Assembly (NCBI GenBank): GCA_040774925.1
Contig: JAXGTM010000003.1
Location: 1-35,357 of the forward strand
Source of the DNA: Atribacterota bacterium
Lineage (GTDB): Bacteria > Atribacterota > Phoenicimicrobiia > Phoenicimicrobiales > Stramentimicrobiaceae
Reading direction: 5' to 3'
DNA length: 35,357 nucleotides
Shown: piece by piece, positions 19,064-28,546 of the stretch
Layout of the letters: each line of letters opens with the position of its first letter
Position numbering within the stretch: position 1 is the first letter of the stretch
Translations under genes and position numbers: made by a program
Notes under the pieces: generated by a model
Database searches by the model: none
Seen by the model: only the letters and a program-made list of their open reading frames with translations
What the model was told of the DNA's origin: nothing

Positions 19064-20332
19064 TTGTTAGTAGTATTTTTATTTTTTCTTCTTTTATGTA
19101 TGGGGATACCCATTGCTTTTGTTGTATTGGTGGCATCCACCATAGGAATCTGGGTATATTCTGGTATTTCTCTACAGATAGTCATACAAACACTTTATAG
19201 TGGATTAAACAACTACCTTCTTCTGGCAATTCCCTTTTTCATAATGTCTGGTGCAGTAGCTGCGCGGGGTGATACCTCTAAATATCTTATAAAAGTAATG
19301 AGAATATTTTTTGGAAGAGTATATGGCGGTAGTCTGATAGGTGCAATTTTAGCTTGTACCTTTTTTGCGGCAATATCTGGCTCTAGTATAGCTACAATCA
19401 TCGCCATAGGAAGCCTTGTAATACCATCTATGCTGGAAGAGGGTTATCCTGATCATATGCCTATTGGGGTAATTACCTCTGGAGGTTCATTGGGGATTTT
19501 AATTCCACCAAGTGCTCCAATGGTCGGTCTTTGTGTTGCTATGGGTACCTCAGTTAGTGCTTTATTTGCGGCTGGTTTTATACCAGGGTTACTACTGGCA
19601 GCTGTTTGGATCGGATATGCCTTGATTTCTTCCAGAAAAATGAAGGTTGGTAAACGGGAAATATACTCTTTTAAAGAATCTGTACAGATTCTTTTTAAAG
19701 CAATTCCAGCCCTATTATTCCCCGGAATAGTGCTGGGAGGGATTTATCTAGGGCTTGCTACTCCCACAGAGGCGGCAGCTATATCCGTTATATATGTAAT
19801 ACTTGTTGAATTGTTTGTTTATAAGACAATAAAACCGGATGAGCTTTTCAAAAGCCTTTTCAACTCATTGGTAACATCTGCTACTATGACTTTCATAGTA
19901 TCCTGTGCAGCTGTTATTACATGGTTTGTGACAACACAGCAAATACCGGCTTTAATAAACAATTTTATTGTCTCAACAGTCTCTTCAAAGGCAGCTTTTC
20001 TACTACTCTTATTTGTGTTATTTTTCATTGTAGGATGTTTTATGGATTTATTCGCTTTATTGATTATATTGGGACCTATTCTTGCTCCTGTTCTTGCAGT
20101 TTATGAAATAAATCCTGTCCATTTTGGTATAATCTGTATAATGTCTACTCAGATTGCTTTTCTCACCCCACCTTTTGGACTAAACCTTTTTGTTTCTATG
20201 AGTCTTACTAAGAAAGGTCTATGGGAGACAGCTTATGCGACCATGCCTTATACGATTTTATTAGCAATAATCACTCTGCTTATTATGTTTGTTCCGCAAA
20301 TAACTCTCTGGCTACCAGGTATTTTAAGATAA
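19064..20332 (+). CDS. dctM: TRAP transporter large permease
   Basis: LLAIPFFI, FAAISGSSIAT, LGILIPPS, ATPTEAAA, LTPPFGLNLFV. Confidence 0.95.
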   Translation: MLVVFLFFLLLCMGIPIAFVVLVASTIGIWVYSGISLQIVIQTLYSGLNNYLLLAIPFFIMSGAVAARGDTSKYLIKVMRIFFGRVYGGSLIGAILACTFFAAISGSSIATIIAIGSLVIPSMLEEGYPDHMPIGVITSGGSLGILIPPSAPMVGLCVAMGTSVSALFAAGFIPGLLLAAVWIGYALISSRKMKVGKREIYSFKESVQILFKAIPALLFPGIVLGGIYLGLATPTEAAAISVIYVILVELFVYKTIKPDELFKSLFNSLVTSATMTFIVSCAAVITWFVTTQQIPALINNFIVSTVSSKAAFLLLLFVLFFIVGCFMDLFALLIILGPILAPVLAVYEINPVHFGIICIMSTQIAFLTPPFGLNLFVSMSLTKKGLWETAYATMPYTILLAIITLLIMFVPQITLWLPGILR

Positions 20333-20457
20333 GAAAAGTAGCAACCAATTTGAACAAGAGATGAAATGATTTTATCGGGAATTCTATTTCATTCGGAACC
20401 TTTGTTAAAATTTCCTTATGATAATGAATAATGAAGATCTTTTGAAAAGGTAAATCA

Positions 20458-21096
20458 ATGGTTTTTGATTATAAGAAAGAGTATAAGGAATTTTATTTGC
20501 CGTCGCAAAAGCCGGTTATAGTTGAAATCCCAGAGATAAATTTTCTGTCAGTTAAGGGGAAGGGAAATCCCAATGAAGAGCTAGGTGAATATAAGATTGC
20601 AGTGGGTTTATTATATACAATTGCCTATACTTTAAAGATGAGCTATAAGGGTAGATATATGATAGAAGGATATTACGAATATGTGGTTCCTCCTCTGGAA
20701 GGACTCTGGTGGCAACCGGGAACTAATGGTATTGATTATAAGAATAAAGATAAATTTCATTGGATTTCTATGAACCGTTTACCCGATTTTGTTGCGTTGA
20801 GGGATTTCGAGTGGGCAATAAAGGAAGCTACCAGGAAGAAAAAAGACGATTTTTCAAAGGGCGAGTTTTTTACCTATAACGAAGGTTTATGTGTGCAGTG
20901 TATGCATATTGGTCCATATGATGATGAGTCGGTAACTGTAATGCGTATGAATGATTATATTGAACAAAAGGGTTACATTAGCGATATAACAGATGAGAGA
21001 CATCATCATGAGATATATCTTTCTGATCCGCGTAAAAGTAAACCCGATAAACTTAAAACGGTTATAAGACATCCTATTAAAAAAGTTAAATTATAG
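20458..21096 (+). CDS. GyrI-like small-molecule-binding domain protein
   Basis: GKGNPN, YVVPPLEGLWW, CVQCMHIGPYDDE, HHEIYLSDPRK, LKTVIRHP. Confidence 0.85.
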   Translation: MVFDYKKEYKEFYLPSQKPVIVEIPEINFLSVKGKGNPNEELGEYKIAVGLLYTIAYTLKMSYKGRYMIEGYYEYVVPPLEGLWWQPGTNGIDYKNKDKFHWISMNRLPDFVALRDFEWAIKEATRKKKDDFSKGEFFTYNEGLCVQCMHIGPYDDESVTVMRMNDYIEQKGYISDITDERHHHEIYLSDPRKSKPDKLKTVIRHPIKKVKL

Positions 21097-21173
21097 TGTT
21101 GATATTTAAAAAATATTGACTGCAAAAATAACTAAATTAGAAAAATAACACAAAATATATATAAAATAATTTT

Positions 21174-21686
21174 TCAATTCATTTTTAGAAAATCGATAGT
21201 TGAAATTACCTCTATTCCTTCATCTTGTAGGCAGTTATTCCAGTAATTGACCATGTTTACTCCTTCCTTATGGAAAGTACTATGGCCATCACTGATTAGA
21301 ATTACATTAAGCCCATGCAATTTACCATCGATACAGGCAGCCTTTATACAGCCATTAGAAACGAGACCGGTAACTACAATGGTGGCGATATCATTATCTT
21401 TAAGTAAAGATAAAAATTGCTTTTCTTTAAAGATGCTACTATGGGTTTTGTTTAAGAGAAAGTCATTATCTGATTTGTGCACATTACTATCTATTTGCCA
21501 GTTGGCAGTATTTTCCGCAGAAAAACTGGTATTAGTATGTCTGATGAGAAAAACTGGTTCTTCTTTTTCGTGAAAATAATCTATTAGAGAATTAACATTC
21601 TCGATCAACTTCTCCTTATTAAAGACATTTCTTTGTAGTAATCCATACTACATATCTATAACCAGTAGAGCTCGATTATTTTTCAT
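21174..21686 (-). pseudogene. Isochorismatase/cysteine-hydrolase family gene interrupted by an in-frame TAG at codon 13
   Basis: ATG at 21686 with SD AGAGAGGGG reads MKNNRALLVIDM*YGLL... in frame with the 144-aa track ORF. The TAG (21648-21650) sits where the family motif VIDMQ has Gln. Triad Lys (LNKTHSSIF) and Cys (GLVSNGCI) are retained. Confidence 0.8.
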
Positions 21687-21915
21687 AATTGCCCCTCTCT
21701 TTTATATGGTTTTGTATAAGCAGGATATAAATGAAAATGAGCGATGTATATTAAATATATTCTGAGAATTATTATAACATAAAGAAATAGAAAGGTACTT
21801 AGGTATTAATCTAATAGAAGAGTAGAAAGAGTAGTGAAAGGAAATCTAATGCGTAAATATTAAGTGGAATAATTTGAATGATTCTGATTTTAAAATATAT
21901 TTGTTGAAATCAAAT

Positions 21916-23316
21916 TTATTTTTCTGCAGGGCCAGCTACTTCAGAGACAACCATATTGTTTTGAATATCCCATTCCCTGTGTTCATCAGCAATTTGTTCC
22001 CGAATTGTCTTAAAAAGTATAATAGCCAGTATGAAAGTACAAACATGAGCAAATGGTTGAGCATAAATAAACCCGGAAAAACCAAAATATTTGTTCAGAA
22101 TAAAGAGAGTAGGAATGTAAAATAATTCTCTCGCTAATGCCAGCATAAAGGCAGGCCTCCCCTTACCCAATGCTTGAAAAGTAACCCTTAATAAAAATTG
22201 TGCGGCCAGCAGGGGTAAAGCAGAAATCATTGCCCTCATAATCTTTACTCCATATGCAATAACTTCTTCGTTATTTATAAACACCTGAATCATCTTACCA
22301 GCAAAAAAGTAGAAGAATGATACGAAAAATACCGCTATCCCTACAGCTAACACAAGAGTGGTCTTTATAATACTGTTCATGCGGTCAATCTTCCGGGCAC
22401 CATAACTGTAACCTATTAAAGGCTGTGCTCCCTGTGATAGTCCTGTCAAAGTCATAATACACATAGAAAAAATACGCCTTACGATACCATAGGCAGCAAG
22501 TATTAAGTCATTATAACCAGCTGCAACATAGTTACCAATAGTATTGGCGATACTTAGCATGATTTCATAGGAAGAGGCAGGTATTCCTATTCTAAGAATT
22601 TCAAGAATAATATCTTTTTTAAAAGAAAAGTATTTCCAGTGTAAAGATACCATGCTTTTTTTCTTGCGGAAAAAATCAAAATAATAAATCAAACCAATTC
22701 CCTGTCCAATCAAAGTAGCTATTGCCGCCCCCTTTACACCATAACCCAGTACTTGAATAAAGATGGGGTCTAATATAATGTTCGTTCCTGTACCAATAAA
22801 CATACCATACATTGCAACATTGGCTGCCCCTTCTGAACGCAGCATCAGTGTTAACAGAAAATTCATCATTATTATAATGCTGCCCGAAAAGATAATAGAG
22901 AGATATCCATGGGCAAATTTGTGAGTTTCTGGAGTTACTCCTATTAAATGCAATATGGGAGAGATAAATATAAGACTAACCAGAGTTACAACTAAAGAAG
23001 TTAGCATACAGGTGTAAAAAGCGGTAGAGCTAACTTTTTTAGCCATAATATAATCTTTTTTTCCTAATAAACGGGAAATATAAGATGCAGCACCGAAACC
23101 AAATATTCCACTGAAGGACATAAGTATCATAAACATGGGAAAGGCAACAGAGACAGCAGCCACCTGGAAAGGGTCATTCAGTCTTCCTACAAAAAAGGTA
23201 TCTGTCAGATTATAAAATACCTGTACCTGCATAGCCAATATAGTAGGTATTGAGAGGTTTATTATTGCTTTAAGAGGATGTTCGTCTCTAAGTAATTTTA
23301 TTCTATTCTCATCCAT
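21916..23316 (-). CDS. MATE-family efflux transporter (MepA-like)
   Basis: 466 aa; YNLTDTFFVG, ISRLLG, NIILDPIFI..GVKGAAIAT, GAQPLIGYSYGA. Confidence 0.93.
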   Translation of the reverse strand: MDENRIKLLRDEHPLKAIINLSIPTILAMQVQVFYNLTDTFFVGRLNDPFQVAAVSVAFPMFMILMSFSGIFGFGAASYISRLLGKKDYIMAKKVSSTAFYTCMLTSLVVTLVSLIFISPILHLIGVTPETHKFAHGYLSIIFSGSIIIMMNFLLTLMLRSEGAANVAMYGMFIGTGTNIILDPIFIQVLGYGVKGAAIATLIGQGIGLIYYFDFFRKKKSMVSLHWKYFSFKKDIILEILRIGIPASSYEIMLSIANTIGNYVAAGYNDLILAAYGIVRRIFSMCIMTLTGLSQGAQPLIGYSYGARKIDRMNSIIKTTLVLAVGIAVFFVSFFYFFAGKMIQVFINNEEVIAYGVKIMRAMISALPLLAAQFLLRVTFQALGKGRPAFMLALARELFYIPTLFILNKYFGFSGFIYAQPFAHVCTFILAIILFKTIREQIADEHREWDIQNNMVVSEVAGPAEK

Positions 23317-23648
23317 TGAAAAAAAGTTCCTTAATGCTTAAGAGCAGTTTATTTATCTTTTGGTGTAGTTCAATCTTTATTGCTGTGAAATTAATATATA
23401 ATTAGAACAATTAAATGACTATAAATAGTTAATATAAGGGATATTTGTAATTAAAATAAAAAGAGAAGATATTGTGCAAGATTTTTGATACACTCTCTTT
23501 ACCTATCCATATCCTCTTAACTAAATGGTTATGTTTATAATTAAAATGAGCTAATTATTGATAACAACTTTTATCCTATCGTCTTTATCTTCTTTTTTGG
23601 CAGAGAAGTTAAGAGAATAGAATTACAAATGTTTAGCCAGCTAAATAT

Positions 23649-23676
23649 ATTATAGGATTGAATTATTTTTTGTCAA
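23649..23676 (-). promoter_or_regulatory. Candidate promoter for the MATE gene
   Basis: Minus strand TTGACA (23676-23671), 16 bp, TATAAT (23654-23649). Confidence 0.55.
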
Positions 23677-23854
23677 TAAGATATAAGAGTAAATCTATGA
23701 AAATCTTTTTGCCGCTTCACTTTAATATATACTATTCATTCTATTTATACAATAATATTTCTTTGATTACCGGGTTAGATTTTGATTTAATGTTTATTAG
23801 AGAGAATTAATAAATAAATTGTTCAAAAATCTATAAAAAAGGAGAAGGAATGTC

Positions 23855-25195
23855 ATGTGTGATACCATTGTTGCGCTGAATTCTTCAGAATATGGAGGAG
23901 GCGTATTATTTGGCAAAAATAGTGACAGGGAGCCCGATGAAGTACAGAATATCAGAATTATCCCTAGACTTAGATACCCTGATGGTACGAAAGTAGCCTG
24001 TACCTATATCACCATCCCGCAGGTAAATGAAACAGAACGAGTTTTTCTCTGTCAACCATTCTGGATGTTTGGGGCAGAGATGGGTGCAAACGAACACGGG
24101 GTGATTATTGGCAATGAGGCTATTTTTACCCGGGAAAAACCAGCTCTGACAGGATTGACTGGAATGGATCTGGTCAGATTGGGGCTGGAGCGTAGTAAAT
24201 CAGCCAGAGAAGCCCTTGAGGTTATTATTGACCTGCTGGAAGAATATGGACAGGGCGGCAATTGCGGATATCGATATAAGCTACATTATATGAATAGCTT
24301 CATTATTGCAGATGAGAGAGAATCCTATGTCCTGGAGACAGTAAAAAAGTGGTGGGCATGGAAAAAGATAAAAAATTACTGGAGCATTTCTAACATTATC
24401 TCTTTAGAACAGGATTTTGATGATTGTTCTGAAGGGCTTATCGCAAATGCAATTAAGAAAGGCTATTGTAAAGACGAAAAAGATTTTAATTTTAGAAGAT
24501 GTTATTCCGATAAATTTATGACCCTGGCAGCCGGGGGAATAACACGCGAAAGAAGGTCCAGAGAGTTAATTAAACATAAATATGAGAAATATGGGAAATG
24601 TAACACACAAGATTTAATAAATATTCTCAGAGACCATGGGGATGAGGAAAATTATAATGAAAAGCAGGAGAGTACATCATGGAGACCGGACAAAAGCAAG
24701 AATACCCTATGCCTGCATGCCAGAGACCCCTTAATTCGCAGAACTCAGACTGTATGCTCTTTAGCGGCAAAGGTCGGCAGTAAAGGTCATTTTTACTATA
24801 CTACAGGTACTTCAAATCCCTGTCTCAGCCCCTTTTTTCCTCTATTTTTGAATAATACTGCTATACCACAAGGTTATCAGGAAGGAGGGGCAGATTATAA
24901 CGAAAATTCTTACTGGTGGGAAAGTGAGAAATACCATCGTCAGGCATTGCAAAGTTTTACTGATGTTATTTCAGATATCAGACCATCGATTGAAAAATAT
25001 GAAGAAAATATGTTTTCAAAAATAGAAGATGATCAGCTGGAAATCACCCAGGGTTTGATCGATGGTTATTTTGAGGAGGCAAGAGATTTAGTACGGCAAT
25101 CAAGTGGAAAGTTAGAGAATTTAGGTTCAAAAAAATTAAGCTGGCTCTATCGAAACTATTGGCTGAAATACAATAATTTAAACAAAATTAAATAG
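23855..25195 (+). CDS. Peptidase family C69 (secernin/dipeptidase-like Ntn hydrolase)
   Basis: N-terminal nucleophile Cys2 (MCDT), FGKNSDREPDEVQ, GAEMGANEHGVIIGNEA, GMDLVRLGLER. Confidence 0.9.
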   Translation: MCDTIVALNSSEYGGGVLFGKNSDREPDEVQNIRIIPRLRYPDGTKVACTYITIPQVNETERVFLCQPFWMFGAEMGANEHGVIIGNEAIFTREKPALTGLTGMDLVRLGLERSKSAREALEVIIDLLEEYGQGGNCGYRYKLHYMNSFIIADERESYVLETVKKWWAWKKIKNYWSISNIISLEQDFDDCSEGLIANAIKKGYCKDEKDFNFRRCYSDKFMTLAAGGITRERRSRELIKHKYEKYGKCNTQDLINILRDHGDEENYNEKQESTSWRPDKSKNTLCLHARDPLIRRTQTVCSLAAKVGSKGHFYYTTGTSNPCLSPFFPLFLNNTAIPQGYQEGGADYNENSYWWESEKYHRQALQSFTDVISDIRPSIEKYEENMFSKIEDDQLEITQGLIDGYFEEARDLVRQSSGKLENLGSKKLSWLYRNYWLKYNNLNKIK

Positions 25196-25365
25196 CTGTA
25201 TTTATGTTTTGGTTTAATTAAGCATCTTATGCCAGATTGATATTTTAGTATGGCAGCAAAACGTTTTTAAGTAGCATTGTTAGAAGTTGTGTTCTATAAA
25301 AAAAGCATTTTGTTAAAACATATTGAAGATGGTAATTGTTGGATTTCAATTTTTTAATGGAATCG

Positions 25366-25548
25366 TTATGCAAAGTATTTCCAATGCAGTGAGACCAAAC
25401 TACTCTTTCTTAAATAAAAATAAAAATAATATAATAGGGCTATAGCCTGTCCGATTATGGTGGCAATAGCAGCGCCCCTTACCCCATAGCCTAAGACTAA
25501 AATGAAGACAGGGTCTAATATTATATTAATACCGGTTCCGATAAACAT
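25366..25548 (-). pseudogene. Internal fragment of a MATE paralogue
   Basis: 60-aa ORF is 45/60 identical (manual count) to the segment of the intact MATE encoded at about 22624-22803. Confidence 0.85.
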
Positions 25549-25559
25549 TATGAAAAATA

Positions 25560-25585
25560 AAAAAGGAGAACATCGTCTCCTTTTT
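25560..25585. terminator. Terminator-like hairpin
   Basis: AAAAAGGAGA-acatcg-TCTCCTTTTT, with a T tract on both strands. Confidence 0.6.
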
Positions 25586-25969
25586 CAGTACACCTCAATC
25601 TCTTTATTTATAAAAATTGAGTAAATGCTGAAAACTAGCCTTTAAAATATTATTATAATTTATACGGTATGTGCCAATCAGTATAAGTAAAATATTTTGA
25701 CAGTTAACTTTATTATAAATGAGGGTATTTGCTTATCAATGATAATTGATAGTTTAAAAATGGTTTTTATTTAAATAAAACCAAATATTCTCATTTTGCC
25801 AAATTCAGTACATTTATCAATTGTATTTAAAATTTATGTGTTAATTCTAGTATAGGGAAAATAAAATAAATATCATAGCAGTTAAAATAATAGCGATTGT
25901 TAGCAAAATAGGATACAATTATATAGATTTAAATAATTAAATATTACAAGAATTTGGAGGTATCACAGA

Positions 25970-26980
25970 ATGAAAATTAGTAGTTTTGTTTGTAATTTAA
26001 ATATGATTAATTATAGATTAAAAAGAATAACTCTTGTTTTAACAATTATGATATTGTTTTTTCTTATCTGCAGCTCCGCCTCTAGTCAGCAATTAAAATA
26101 TGGTTCACTTACAGTCGAATCTTATCCCAGAGGGGCAAAAGTCTTCCTTGATAATGAATACAAAGGGGATACCCCATTAGACTTGAAGAATTTAACAACA
26201 GGCCAATATACATTAAAAATGGCTTTAGATGGCTATCAGGATTGGACTACTACTGTGATTGTGTTACCAATTTTAACAGTCAGAATATCTGCTGATCTGG
26301 TTCCCAAAGAAAGGGAGAGGGAAGGATCGATTTCGGTTAATTCAAACCCCCAGGGTGCCCGAGTTTACATTGATAATATTTATAAGGGAGATACTCCTTT
26401 AAATATTAGAGACATTGCTACCGGTAGACACACGGTGAAAATTGCACTCACTGGCTATCAGGATTGGATAGGAGAGGTTACAGTATTGTCATCCAGAGTA
26501 GAAAGGATTTCTGTTGAACTAAAACTACAGGAAGAATACGGTTCGATCTCGATTAATTCAAATCCACAGGGTGCTGATGTCTTCTTGGATGGAGATTATG
26601 TGGGACTGACACCTATAAATTTACAGAATATTCCTGCTGGTATTCATATGGTAAATATTGCTGCTTTTGATTATGAAGAATGGATTGAAGAAGTGTATAT
26701 TTCGCCTAAAAAAACAGCAAGGATAAATGCTAAATTGGTATTCCACCCAAATTATGGAGCTCTATCGATTTACTGTGAGCAAAAAGATGCCAAAATATTT
26801 CTTAATGGTACCTATATAAAAGATATTACAAGAAGTCAAACATTAATAGAAGGTATTGAAGCTGGAAATTATGAAATTGTCATAATAAAAGAAGGATATA
26901 GAGCCTGGCTGGAAGATATCAGGATCTTCTCTGATGAAACAATATCGCTTGATGTAACTATGACAGAAATATCCAGATAG
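25970..26980 (+). CDS. Secreted PEGA-domain protein (four PEGA repeats)
   Basis: Signal-peptide-like N-terminus; repeats of G-S-[LI]-x-[VI]-x-S-x-P-x-G-A-x-V-[FY]-[LI]-D...G-x-T-P...GY-x-D-W, the fourth being more diverged. Confidence 0.9.
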   Translation: MKISSFVCNLNMINYRLKRITLVLTIMILFFLICSSASSQQLKYGSLTVESYPRGAKVFLDNEYKGDTPLDLKNLTTGQYTLKMALDGYQDWTTTVIVLPILTVRISADLVPKEREREGSISVNSNPQGARVYIDNIYKGDTPLNIRDIATGRHTVKIALTGYQDWIGEVTVLSSRVERISVELKLQEEYGSISINSNPQGADVFLDGDYVGLTPINLQNIPAGIHMVNIAAFDYEEWIEEVYISPKKTARINAKLVFHPNYGALSIYCEQKDAKIFLNGTYIKDITRSQTLIEGIEAGNYEIVIIKEGYRAWLEDIRIFSDETISLDVTMTEISR

Positions 26981-27051
26981 CTTTATTAATAAATTTAAAG
27001 AAAAAAGAGAAAGCTCTTTAATCAATTATTTGAAAGGGAAAGGCAAAACAA

Positions 27052-28245
27052 ATGGGATACTATAATTTTGATGAAGTTATCCCTCGCAAAGGTACTAATT
27101 GTGCCAAATGGGATGGGTATGAGAGAAAATTCGCTAATTATGATGTAAAAGGGGCTTTAGGTATGTGGATAGCAGATATGGATTTCCCCTGTCCAAAAGA
27201 AGTAGTTACTGCTATCAACAATCGGGCAAAACATGGTATTTATGGTTACCCTTCAGAGGATGCCATAGATGCATTTAAGAGGGCTGCTTCAGGATGGTTT
27301 GACCGCCAATATGGTTTGGTGGTTGATACAGAATGGATGATTTTTATAGCAGGTGTTGTTCCTTCATTGAATGTCGCTATTCAGGAGTTCACTCAACCTG
27401 GAGATGGAGTAATTATTCAGCCACCAGTTTATTATCCCTTCAGTTCAGTAATAAGAGATTGCAACAGATTGGTTAAAACCAACAGACTTATTGAAGAGAA
27501 CGGCTATTACAGAATTGATTTTGAAAACCTGGAAAAATTAGCGAGAAAAATGGAAAATAAACTTTTCATATTATGTAGTCCCCATAACCCAGTAGGAAGA
27601 GTATGGAAAAGAGATGAATTAATTCGTTTGGGAGAGATTTGCCGTGAGAATAATCTACTAATGATTTCTGATGAGATACATGCTGATTTTATTATGAAAG
27701 AAAACAGTTTTATTTCTGCCGGGAATTTGTCCAGTGAGATAAGGAACAATCTTATTCTAACTTTTTCTCCAAGTAAAACTTTCAATTTAGCTGGATTGGG
27801 TGCATCAATTATAGTAATTGAGAATGAAGAAATCAGGAATAGGTTTAAAAATAGAGTGCAGATAAATAATTACCCGGATTCTAATATATTCGGCCCAATA
27901 GGAGGAGAGGCAGCTTATCTTTATGGCGATGATTACAAAAAGGAATTGAATGAATATATAGAATCGAATTTTGATTATACTGTTAAATTCTGCAAAGAAA
28001 ATTTTAAAAAAATTAGCTTAAGAAAACCAGAAGGGACATATTTAGCCTGGCTGGATTTCAGAGGTACAGAATTGAAAAATGAAGAGATCATTTCTCTAGT
28101 ACTGGAAAAAGCCAAAATAGCAATAGATCCCGGTGATTGGTTTGGTTCAGGAGGAGAAGGATTTGTCAGGATGAATATGGCATGTCCCAGATCTATTGTT
28201 GTAGAAGCAATGGATAGATTAAAAAATGCAATAGATAATGAGTAA
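27052..28245 (+). CDS. MalY/PatB-family PLP-dependent C-S lyase (cystathionine beta-lyase-like)
   Basis: MWIADMDF, HGIYGY, LCSPHNPVGRVW, SDEIHAD, SPSKTFNLAG (PLP Lys), EGTYLAWLD, GFVRMN. Confidence 0.93.
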   Translation: MGYYNFDEVIPRKGTNCAKWDGYERKFANYDVKGALGMWIADMDFPCPKEVVTAINNRAKHGIYGYPSEDAIDAFKRAASGWFDRQYGLVVDTEWMIFIAGVVPSLNVAIQEFTQPGDGVIIQPPVYYPFSSVIRDCNRLVKTNRLIEENGYYRIDFENLEKLARKMENKLFILCSPHNPVGRVWKRDELIRLGEICRENNLLMISDEIHADFIMKENSFISAGNLSSEIRNNLILTFSPSKTFNLAGLGASIIVIENEEIRNRFKNRVQINNYPDSNIFGPIGGEAAYLYGDDYKKELNEYIESNFDYTVKFCKENFKKISLRKPEGTYLAWLDFRGTELKNEEIISLVLEKAKIAIDPGDWFGSGGEGFVRMNMACPRSIVVEAMDRLKNAIDNE

Positions 28246-28295
28246 AATGAACGAACTGTTTCTAAAAATTTAAAATATTAATAATAAAAATTTGT

Positions 28296-28324
28296 TTGAC
28301 ATAAATTATTATTGATGCTATAAA
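28296..28324 (+). promoter_or_regulatory. Promoter of the riboswitch-metK transcript
   Basis: TTGACA (28296-28301), 17 bp, extended -10 TGcTATAAA. Confidence 0.75.
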
Positions 28325-28352
28325 TATTTCGTAAAAAATAAAATAGAGAGAA

Positions 28353-28467
28353 TCTTATCAAGAGAGGCTGAGGGACGGACCCTGTGAAGCCCGGCAACCT
28401 ATCATGACTACAGTAATGATGTTGGTGCTAAATTCCGCGGAATCTTACTCAATTTCGAGAGATGAGA
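28353..28467 (+). ncRNA. SAM-I riboswitch (S-box) aptamer
   Basis: TCTTATCAAGAG-AGGCTGAGGGAC-GGACCC-TGTGAAGCCCGGCAACC...GGTGCTAAATTCC...GAGAGATGAGA follows the S-box consensus, with P1 TCTTATC/GATGAGA; located upstream of metK. Confidence 0.95.
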
Positions 28468-28479
28468 ATAGTTTTCATT

Positions 28480-28510
28480 AACCTCTTCGGACTTGAAGAG
28501 GTTTTTTTAT
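28480..28510 (+). terminator. Riboswitch expression-platform terminator
   Basis: AACCTCTTC-ggactt-GAAGAGGTT followed by a T run. Confidence 0.9.
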
Positions 28511-28546
28511 TTAGAATTTATATTTGCAATAGACAGGAGAAGAAAG

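Noticed and set aside
26100-26900. Nucleotide repeats such as GGCTATCAGGATTGGA and TTAATTCAAA.CC.CAGGGTGC
   Set aside because: Explained by the PEGA protein repeats; not a CRISPR array or mobile element.
28493-28546. Extended metK N-terminus in the track
   Set aside because: The TTG start falls inside the riboswitch terminator; homology begins at [11 protein letters not shown].
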